From contig CAZLQD010000010.1 in the NCBI GenBank assembly GCA_964561605.1, positions 173,077 to 237,076 of the forward strand: DNA of 64,000 nucleotides, in the 5' to 3' direction. The notes below the pieces were generated by a model. That model had not been told where the DNA came from and made no database searches. It saw only the letters and a program-made list of their open reading frames with translations. Position 1 is the first letter of the stretch. Each line of letters opens with the position of its first letter. Of this stretch, positions 57,072-64,000 are shown in pieces. Position numbers and translations under genes: made by a program. The DNA is from an uncultured Planctomycetia bacterium (GTDB taxonomy: Bacteria > Planctomycetota > UBA1135 > JALUZX01).

Positions 57072-58798
57072 TCCGACCCCCCGGAGCCCCGGGGCCTCTC
57101 TCCACCGGGAGCAGGCACCTGGCGGACCTTGGAAGGGCCCCGCTTACGGGCCAGGATCCAGGCCGACACCGGCACCCCCTCCTCCCGGATCCGGTCCAGG
57201 TGGACGGCCCACTGCTCCAGGGGAACCTGGGAGAGGAACCCTCCCTTCACGGCCAGAAGAGCCTCGGCTGTGGGAGCTTCGGTCCGCACCTCCACCTGGA
57301 GGGGATGGAAACCCGCCTGCTGGACCAGGCATCTCAAGGCTCCCCAGGAAAGGTGGACCGTCTCCCCGGGGCTCCAGGGCAAGGGCATACCCGCCGGGAG
57401 GTCCTGCTCTCCGAAAAACAGGGGGCTGGGCGCCGAGAGGAGCAGGAGACCTCCCGGCTCGAGGAGGTATTCCACACGCTCCAGCACCTCCAGGGGATGG
57501 ACCTCCCACTGGAGGAGGTCGAGGAGGAGGGCAACCCGGAAGGACCGGGCTCCACCCGGGTCCCCGGCGAGGCGGTCCAGGCTTTCCTCCAGGCCATCCT
57601 TGCCCTGAGGGACACGGAGCACTTCCCCCTTCTCCCGAAGCGACCTTTCCAATTCCTCCCTCTCCCCGGGGTAGGCCAGGAGGAAAGGGCCCCCCTCATC
57701 CCCGGGGAGGGCCGCCAGGAATTCCACGGCCTTCCGGGCGTCCTCGACCTTCAAGGGAGAGGGCCGGGGCCGAAGAGGAGAAAGGACCTTCTGGTATCCG
57801 GAAAGACAATTCCGGCAAGCCACCCAGCCGGGAGTCTCCCCTCCCCACTCGACTTCGTCGTTCCATCCGCAAACAGGGCAGGCCGTCCGGGTCCACCTTC
57901 CGTCCCGGGCCCTCCCGAGTGGGAAGAGAGGGGAGAAATCGGGACTTCCCCTCCTCCCCTCGAGCCGGGCGGCCACGGACCTCAAGGCCGCCCGGAACCT
58001 CTCCCGGTTGCAACACACGTAGAGGTTCCGGTGCCGGCCCAGGCTCCCGGCCCCCCAGGGCCATCCCCGCACCAACTCCAGGTGGAGAACGTCCCTCCTG
58101 CAGGACTCGCAAAGAGTCAGGGCCGAGATTCCCGAGGAGACGCCGACGAAGAGGTCGCAACGGTTGTAGAACTCCAGGTTGAGCCGGAAGGGTTCCCGGC
58201 ACCAGTAGGCCTTGGGATGGAGTTCTTCGAACCTGTCCAGGAAGAAGGGCCTGTTCCCGGAAGTGAACAGGAAGACCGGATCCAGGTGCTTCAGGGCCTC
58301 CAGGAGGTCGAAGGCGAAATCCTCCCTCCAGAAGGACTGGTCCGAGAAGAACTCGGTCTCCACCAGGATCTTGGGACCTTCGGGGAGGGCCCGCCAGTAA
58401 CGCTCGGCCTGTTCGACCTCCCTCGGGGAGAGGCGGAGGACGAATTCCAAGGGTTCCCCCCCGGGAATTCCACAGGCGGCCCGGGCCGCCTCGAATACGG
58501 AACGCCCCCGCAGGAGATCGGGGTTCATGTACGCCGCCGGCGTGAAGAACCCCGACCAGTTCCTTTCCAGGCGGAGCTCGTCGATCCTTCCGTCCAGCTC
58601 CAGGGGGTCCCCCTCCAGGGCCACCACTTCGTCCACGAAGGGGTTCTCCGCCAGGATGGGGGCGCAGGAACGGGAGGTGAACCAGACCACCCTGCAGGAG
58701 GGATCCTCCCTCTTCAGGCGCCTTGCCAGGGGCGTGGCGGCCAGGACGTCTCCCCTGTTGTGGAAGACGGCGATTCCGTAGGTCCCCCTTCCCTTCAC
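57068..58798 (-). CDS. Fusion protein: GT9 (heptosyltransferase)-like domain, Cys4 zinc ribbon, and SAM-methyltransferase-like domain
   Basis: GTG at 58798 overlaps the upstream stop (GTGA). IAVFHNRGDVLAATPLARRLKREDPSCRVVWFT resembles a GT9 N-terminus. CPVCGW...CRNC. LLLDLLQWEVHPLEVLERVEYLLEPGGLLLLS resembles Methyltransf_11/23. Confidence 0.65.
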   Translation of the reverse strand: MKGRGTYGIAVFHNRGDVLAATPLARRLKREDPSCRVVWFTSRSCAPILAENPFVDEVVALEGDPLELDGRIDELRLERNWSGFFTPAAYMNPDLLRGRSVFEAARAACGIPGGEPLEFVLRLSPREVEQAERYWRALPEGPKILVETEFFSDQSFWREDFAFDLLEALKHLDPVFLFTSGNRPFFLDRFEELHPKAYWCREPFRLNLEFYNRCDLFVGVSSGISALTLCESCRRDVLHLELVRGWPWGAGSLGRHRNLYVCCNRERFRAALRSVAARLEGRRGSPDFSPLFPLGRARDGRWTRTACPVCGWNDEVEWGGETPGWVACRNCLSGYQKVLSPLRPRPSPLKVEDARKAVEFLAALPGDEGGPFLLAYPGEREELERSLREKGEVLRVPQGKDGLEESLDRLAGDPGGARSFRVALLLDLLQWEVHPLEVLERVEYLLEPGGLLLLSAPSPLFFGEQDLPAGMPLPWSPGETVHLSWGALRCLVQQAGFHPLQVEVRTEAPTAEALLAVKGGFLSQVPLEQWAVHLDRIREEGVPVSAWILARKRGPSKVRQVPAPGGERPRGSGGSD

Positions 58799-59670
58799 GA
58801 CTCGGCCTCCATCATCATGGAACAGAGTTCCTCGAAACCCACCTCGGGTTTCCACCCCATACTCCGCAACCTGGCCGGGTCGGAGACGAGCCTCCGGTAT
58901 TCCGGAACGAATCCGGGCCTCTCCCTCACCCTCCCGCGCCAATCCAGGCCGGCCCGCTCGAAGCAGGACTTCACCCAATCCCCGAGGGTCCTGGTCTCTC
59001 CCGAGCCGATCACGGCCTCGAAGAAGTCGTCCTGCCCGGTCAGGACCAGGATCCCCCGGGCCGCATCGCCTGCGAAGGTCCACTCCCGGGCCACGTCCAG
59101 GCAACCCACTTCCAGCACATCCTGCTCTCCCCTGGCGATCCTGCGGACCGCCCGGACCACTTCCACGCTGCTGTGTCCAGGCCCCCTGAAGGGGCTCTCG
59201 AAGTGGAAGAAGTATCCCACGTAGGCCGCAAGCCCCAGGGACCTGTAGTAACGGGCCGCCTCCACGGCCTGGATCCGGGCGAGGGCGTAGGTCGAGGTGG
59301 CGGCGAAGGGGGTTTCCTCGCCGATGGGTTCTCCCCTGTTCTCGAACTGGAGGCCGCTCCCGGCCAGGAAGACCTTGGCCCCAGGCCGGTGCCGCCTGAC
59401 CGCCTCCAGGACGTTCAGGGTCCCCCTGGCGATGGAGTCGTGGTGGAGGAAGAGGTCTTCCATCCTGGTCGTGGACCGGGCCGCCAGGTTCACCACCAGG
59501 TCCGGAGCGGTCTCCTTCACCGCCCTCTCCACGGCGTCGAAATCAGCCACGTCCAGGGGGCGGGGCCTCGATGAGAGGGAGAGGCCCGTCACATCCGCAC
59601 CCTCCCGGCGGAGGAGAGCGGAGAGGTAACGTCCCGCCTGGCCCGTCGACCCCAGGATGAGGACCTTCAT
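58795..59670 (-). CDS. Short-chain dehydrogenase of the GDP-mannose 4,6-dehydratase / Rmd family (divergent active site)
   Basis: MKVLILGSTGQAG (Rossmann), and STYALARIQAVEAARYYRSLGLAAYVGYFFHFESPFRG aligned to the Gmd motif SPYAxAKxxxxW...FNHESPxRG. At 291 aa it is Rmd-sized. Confidence 0.75.
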   Translation of the reverse strand: MKVLILGSTGQAGRYLSALLRREGADVTGLSLSSRPRPLDVADFDAVERAVKETAPDLVVNLAARSTTRMEDLFLHHDSIARGTLNVLEAVRRHRPGAKVFLAGSGLQFENRGEPIGEETPFAATSTYALARIQAVEAARYYRSLGLAAYVGYFFHFESPFRGPGHSSVEVVRAVRRIARGEQDVLEVGCLDVAREWTFAGDAARGILVLTGQDDFFEAVIGSGETRTLGDWVKSCFERAGLDWRGRVRERPGFVPEYRRLVSDPARLRSMGWKPEVGFEELCSMMMEAES

Positions 59671-62477
59671 GGGAACTTCTTCCGAAGCGTCAAAGTCGCG
59701 AAGGTATAGTCCACGCCGCCGTAGTGGAAATCCGGCTCAGGACAATCCCACCGGGGCTCGTCGAGAAGTTCCAGTTCGGGGACCAGGGGAAGGAGGTGCT
59801 CCAGGATGTCCTCCTTGGTGTAGAGCCTGTAGTCCTCCCGGGGCATTGGGTCTCCCGGCCGGAACCCCTCCTTGAAATCCACCGTGAAGACGGCGAAACC
59901 TCCCGGAGCGAGGAGATCCGAGACCCTCATGAGGAAGAGCCCGTCGTGGCGGACGTGCTCCAGGACCGAGGTGGCGAAGACGACGTGGAACCGACCTTCG
60001 AGGCCGGGTTCGTCCCGGTAGAAGGTTTCCAGATCCCGGTTCAGGACCGGGTCGATTCCGGTAACCTCGTAACCAAGCTTCACCAGGGCCTCGTAGGCCG
60101 TATCTTCGTAGCACCCGGCGCAAAGGATTCGGGGGTCCGGGAACCGGGAGGCCAGGTGTTCCACCACGTCCAGGACGAAGGCCTGTTGCACATTGGCCCT
60201 GGGTATCTTCCGGGCCATCGTCTCCGGGGCGAGTTCGAAGAGCCTCTCCACAAGGGGAGCCAGTTCGCGCCGGGCCCGGTCGTCCAGGATGCGGTTGAAG
60301 CCCGAGGTCAGGCAGACCGGGGCGGGTGCGACGGCCGTCGCCGCCGGGGAAGGAGACGCCCCCTCCCCGCGGGTGAAGACCCCTTCCCCTCCCGGTGAGC
60401 AGGAATGGGAGGGCTCCCCAAGGGGGAAGACCGGGGCCGCCTCCTTTCCGGGCCGTGCCGCCCAGCCTCTCCGGTCCTCCGCGATCCTGTCGAAGATCTC
60501 GTCGTACTCGGCGGCCGTCCTCTCGGGGGTCCAGGCCCGCTTGAATGGTTCCAGGGGGGCCGTTCCGGCCTCCAGGATCTCCCTCAAGGACCGGTGGTCC
60601 ACGCTGACCAGGGGCAAGGTCTTCCCCAAGTGCCGGAACATGGGGCAATCGGTAAGGGCCACGGGCCGGTCCACGCCAAGGGCGTAGTCCAGGACGCTCG
60701 AGATTCCCCGCTTCTTGTTCCGGTCGTAGAGGAAGGCGTTCAAGGAGTTTCCGGCCAGGAAGGTCAAAAGGCCCTCCTTGTCCAGGAACTGGTGGCTCAC
60801 TTCCAGGCGGATCCCGCTCCCGTCGAGGATCTTCCTGCACTCTTCCACCCTCTTCCGTGCCTCTTTCCCCTCCGGGTCCACGAACTCGGAAAATGGGATA
60901 TGTAGGCGGAGTACCCCGGAAGGGAACTCCTCCTTCACCCGTGCGGCGAGTTCGGCGAAGCCCTTGTCTCCGAATCCGAAGCCGAAACTCCCGATCGTGG
61001 GCCGGACCGACTCCTCGATCCTGCCCCGGAAGAACTGGATCACCCGGGAGGTCTTGAAGACCAGGGGGTTCTCGGTCTCCAGGGAGGGGTCGGGAGCCAC
61101 GTAGTAGTCGAAGACGTCCCGGCAGGCGTGGTCCGCCACCGCCTGGGTCACTTCGTGGACGATCCCGACGTGGGGAACGGGAATCTCGTGCAGGAGGGCC
61201 CCGGAGACCCAAGGCATGGTGAGGGGATAGTAGTTGTAGAGGATCGCTTCCGGCTCGTACCTCTCAACCGCCTGCAGGAGTTCCGCCGGCCCGGAGCATT
61301 CCACGTAGACGTATTCCCTCTTTTTCGAGAGCCCCAGGGCCTCGGCGAGGTTCTTCCCGAACTGGTGGATCCCGCAGGACTCCTGTCGGTGTGAGACCAG
61401 GAGGACCCGTCCTCTCCCCCCGGGTCCCCCCTCTCCGGCCGGGGACGCCGAAGGAATCTCCACGGGATACCCCGAGACGGGTCTTTCTCCAGGACTTTCC
61501 CCGGCGGGAAGAACGACCCTTGGCCCCGAAGCGAGCAACCCCGCGTCGGCCAGGACCCTTTTGAAGCGTTCCTGGAACCGGGAAGGATGCCAGTCGCGGC
61601 GCATCTGGAGAACCTTCTCCCTCGTCTCCAGGACGGCATCCCTGATGGAGAGCCCCGGGTAGGGGCGAATGTAGGGATGGATGTGGCGGAAGGTGTCGCA
61701 GGGTGAGACCAGCAAGGGTCTTCCCGCCGTGACGGCCTGGTCAGTGGTGGCGGCCAGGCCCGGTTGTTTCCTGTCGTAGAGGAAAACGTTGATGGTATTG
61801 GTGGCGCACCACCGGATGAGTTCCTCCTTGGAGAGGTAATCGTGGGATACCAGGACCTCGACCCCCGGCTTGGCCATGGCCTTGCAGAGGGCTGCCATCC
61901 TCGCGGCCTCCCTCCCGTCGGCGTCGGCGAAGGTCGCCGGCGGGATGTTGAGGCGGATCACCGCTTTTTCGTATTCCTTGTTCACCGCCCAGACGACCGT
62001 CTCGAACCCCTTCCCCTGCGTGGCGAATCCGAAACTCCCGATCACGGGTATACCCGGATCGACGAACCCGGGAAGGTCCTCCACCACCTCCAAAGGCCTG
62101 GGAAAGGCGTAGACCCTGGGGTCGGGTGACTTCATGGTCGGGTCCGGCACGCAGTATGCGTCGAAGACGTCCGGACAATAGACGAAGGGGTCGCCGGGAA
62201 GCATCTCCAGGACGAAGGTGGCCCTGAAACCGGGCAGGTCTCCGATCCTGTCCGTGTCCAGCCAGGACATGGTCACGTGGTGATAGTTGAAGAGGTAGAA
62301 ATCGTAGCCTCCGGGGATATCCTCGAACCTGCGGATGGTCTTGTATTCCAGGAGGTATCCCTCGTCCCCCGCCAGGGCCTTGTAGAACATCACCCCCGAC
62401 TCGTAGATGCTGCAATTCGCCGGGGGGCAATTCAGGAAGACGCCCTTCGCCTGCATCCTCCCTTCTCCTTCCCTCAT
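59667..62477 (-). CDS. Trimodular protein: two tandem GT-B (GT4-like) glycosyltransferase modules plus a C-terminal SAM-methyltransferase-like module
   Basis: Internal duplication is visible: IGSFGFATQGKGFE...VEVLVSHDYLSKEELIRWCATNTINVFLYDRKQPG versus IGSFGFGFGDKGFA...RLEVSHQFLDKEGLLTFLAGNSLNAFLYDRNKKRG. C-terminus has FHVVFATSVLEHVRHD...LAPGGFAVFTVDF. ATG at 62477 overlaps the upstream stop (ATGA). Confidence 0.65.
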   Translation of the reverse strand: MREGEGRMQAKGVFLNCPPANCSIYESGVMFYKALAGDEGYLLEYKTIRRFEDIPGGYDFYLFNYHHVTMSWLDTDRIGDLPGFRATFVLEMLPGDPFVYCPDVFDAYCVPDPTMKSPDPRVYAFPRPLEVVEDLPGFVDPGIPVIGSFGFATQGKGFETVVWAVNKEYEKAVIRLNIPPATFADADGREAARMAALCKAMAKPGVEVLVSHDYLSKEELIRWCATNTINVFLYDRKQPGLAATTDQAVTAGRPLLVSPCDTFRHIHPYIRPYPGLSIRDAVLETREKVLQMRRDWHPSRFQERFKRVLADAGLLASGPRVVLPAGESPGERPVSGYPVEIPSASPAGEGGPGGRGRVLLVSHRQESCGIHQFGKNLAEALGLSKKREYVYVECSGPAELLQAVERYEPEAILYNYYPLTMPWVSGALLHEIPVPHVGIVHEVTQAVADHACRDVFDYYVAPDPSLETENPLVFKTSRVIQFFRGRIEESVRPTIGSFGFGFGDKGFAELAARVKEEFPSGVLRLHIPFSEFVDPEGKEARKRVEECRKILDGSGIRLEVSHQFLDKEGLLTFLAGNSLNAFLYDRNKKRGISSVLDYALGVDRPVALTDCPMFRHLGKTLPLVSVDHRSLREILEAGTAPLEPFKRAWTPERTAAEYDEIFDRIAEDRRGWAARPGKEAAPVFPLGEPSHSCSPGGEGVFTRGEGASPSPAATAVAPAPVCLTSGFNRILDDRARRELAPLVERLFELAPETMARKIPRANVQQAFVLDVVEHLASRFPDPRILCAGCYEDTAYEALVKLGYEVTGIDPVLNRDLETFYRDEPGLEGRFHVVFATSVLEHVRHDGLFLMRVSDLLAPGGFAVFTVDFKEGFRPGDPMPREDYRLYTKEDILEHLLPLVPELELLDEPRWDCPEPDFHYGGVDYTFATLTLRKKFP

Positions 62478-63754
62478 GCCCACGCGGCTTCGAGGCTGTG
62501 GATCTTGAACTCCGGGAGGGGAACCACCATCTTTCCTCCCCCTTCGAGGTAGGCCTTCTCCCTGTCCAGGAACTCCGGGAGGAAGTGCCAGGGTAGGACG
62601 AGCAGGTAGTCCGGGCGGGCCTTCCGCATCTCCTCCTCTGAGCAGATGGGGATTTCCGTGCCGGGAGTGAGAAGTCCGACCTTGTCGGGGTTCCGCTCCG
62701 CGATCGCCCGGACCTGGCTCGACGTGACTTCACAATACTGGAGGGTCACCATCCCCTTCGTGGAGGCGCCGTAACCGTAGACGGTCTTCCCCCGGGCCCG
62801 GGCTCCTTCCAGGAATTCCATCAGGGCCTCCCTGGAGAGGGCGACCTTCTCCCGGAAAGCCTCGTAGGGGGCCGGTCCCCCATACCCTCCCGCCCGCTCT
62901 TCCTCCCGGGCCGCCTGCAGGCGCCCTGTCGGACGGGCCGTCCCGCGGGGCACAACGAAGAGGCGGAAGGACCCCCCGTTGCAACCGTTGAATTCCACGT
63001 CCACCAATTCCATGTCCGTCCCTTCCAGGACCCGCTCGAAGGTCTCAAGCCTGTAGTAGCCCACGTGCTCGTGACAGATGGTGTCGTAGGAGACCTGGGC
63101 AAGCATGAGGGGCAGATAACTCAACTCCAACACCCACAGCCCGTCGTCTTTCAGGACCCTCCTCACGTCCTCCACGAAGGAGCGGGGATCGTCCAGGTCG
63201 TAGAACATGGCGATGGAGGTGACGACGGCGGCCTTTTCCCCGCCCAAGGCGGCCTCCACGGCACTGTAGGAGAAGTAGTCGTTCACGAAGATGTCGCACC
63301 GGGCGGGCCGGATATTGGAGGGGTCCACCCCAACGGTCCGAAGTCCCCTGGGATACTGGGCGAGAAGAGTCCCGTCGTTGCACCCAATGTCCAAGACCAG
63401 GTCACCCTCACGGGGCCGGGCGAAATCCAGGACGGCGTCCACGAGGCCTGTCAAGTGGTTTCTCATGGACCGGTTGATACCGGAGCGATACCAATACCTC
63501 GAATAGAGGAAATCCTTGTCCACCGAGTGGGCGAGCTGGACCATTCCGCAGGAGGGGCAGACGGCCAGGACGAGGGGGGCCTTGGGAGGGGGCGGGGCTC
63601 CCGGCGGATGGAAGGCGTTTCCCACGCACTGCTCGCCCAGGTCCAGGAGGGTTTCCAGGCCTTTCCCGCCGCAAACCCGGCAGGAATGAGTCTCCTCGTA
63701 GAGGGGAGTCCCGGCGGACCGGGCCGGCCCAGGGTCGATTCTCTTTTCGGTCAT
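62474..63754 (-). CDS. NDP-hexose C-methyltransferase family protein (TylCIII-like: Zn-ribbon, SAM domain, C-methyltransferase C-terminal domain)
   Basis: CRVCGG...CPSCGMVQL, LVLDIGCNDGTLL, ICHEHVGYY, YGYGASTKG, LLVLPWHF. ATG at 63754 overlaps the upstream stop (ATGA). Confidence 0.8.
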   Translation of the reverse strand: MTEKRIDPGPARSAGTPLYEETHSCRVCGGKGLETLLDLGEQCVGNAFHPPGAPPPPKAPLVLAVCPSCGMVQLAHSVDKDFLYSRYWYRSGINRSMRNHLTGLVDAVLDFARPREGDLVLDIGCNDGTLLAQYPRGLRTVGVDPSNIRPARCDIFVNDYFSYSAVEAALGGEKAAVVTSIAMFYDLDDPRSFVEDVRRVLKDDGLWVLELSYLPLMLAQVSYDTICHEHVGYYRLETFERVLEGTDMELVDVEFNGCNGGSFRLFVVPRGTARPTGRLQAAREEERAGGYGGPAPYEAFREKVALSREALMEFLEGARARGKTVYGYGASTKGMVTLQYCEVTSSQVRAIAERNPDKVGLLTPGTEIPICSEEEMRKARPDYLLVLPWHFLPEFLDREKAYLEGGGKMVVPLPEFKIHSLEAAWA

Positions 63755-64000
63755 GGGATCTTCACCCCTCCTTTCCCCGCGATCCGGGCAAGCTCCCGGT
63801 CGATCGCGTCGATGCACTCGTTCCTCTCCAGGTTCAACCGTGCCAGGCGTTTCACCACCCGGTCCTTCTCGCCGGGAGGGACCTTCTCGAACTCGTAGAC
63901 CTTTTCCTGCTCGTGCCACAAGGCGCAATTGGTGCGGGCCAGGCGGTCCACCAATGCTCCGAGATCCCCTTCCACCGGTCCCACCCGGTTCCCCTCGCCC
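63751..64000 (-). CDS. Small hypothetical protein, N-terminus possibly beyond the window (faint resemblance to DUF4254)
   Basis: The frame stays open to the window edge. ...LVDRLARTNCALWHEQEKVYEF...RLARLNLERNECIDAIDRELARI. The family guess is from memory only. Confidence 0.35.
   Translation of the reverse strand, partial: GEGNRVGPVEGDLGALVDRLARTNCALWHEQEKVYEFEKVPPGEKDRVVKRLARLNLERNECIDAIDRELARIAGKGGVKIP

Noticed and set aside
56078-59224. 1048-aa plus-strand ORF
   Set aside because: It is an alternate frame of the M28 peptidase and antisense to the GT9-MT and SDR genes. Composition is P/G/R-rich.

Overview
Very GC-rich (by eye; not counted), gene-dense bacterial chromosomal segment. About 48 coding regions are supported. 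I recognised no rRNA, tRNA, CRISPR array, transposase, integrase or prophage gene. Most of the long ORFs in the supplied track (up to 2204 aa) are antisense or alternate-frame artefacts of the high GC content. Real genes were picked by family-specific motifs, signal peptide or lipobox starts, and a recurring 4-nt start/stop overlap (ATGA/GTGA). Left to right: rseC-like/rnfC/rnfD (-); ndk, RqcH-like NFACT protein, lipoprotein and GH97 hydrolase (+); acnA (-); a secreted S1 protease; a split eukaryote-type lysine-ketoglutarate reductase plus saccharopine dehydrogenase pair; a DUF1800/DUF1501 pair flanked by secreted unknowns; TPR and other lipoproteins; a degenerate GmhB-like HAD protein; a K+ channel followed by rnpA-yidD; a 13-kb divergent array of six polytopic GT-C-type glycosyltransferase paralogues (3 PMT/ArnT-like, 3 YfhO-like), followed by an MBL hydrolase, a 1013-aa Ig-repeat/HExxH lipoprotein and a HEAT-like secreted protein; an orphan zf-HC2 anti-sigma-like gene divergent from an 875-aa protein built of RNAP alpha-CTD-like repeats, a sigma-70 region-4 HTH and HARE-HTH-like repeats; a prkA-yhbH-spoVR operon that appears to continue into rhomboid, DUF502 and PAP2 genes; an M28 peptidase; and a sugar-modification cluster of fused glycosyltransferase/methyltransferase genes. 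The best candidates for something undescribed are the six-gene GT-C array with its appended secreted proteins, and the alpha-CTD/sigma-4/HARE-HTH protein with its divergent anti-sigma-like partner. All family assignments rest on my reading of motifs. No database search was run, and the phylum cannot be determined from this window.
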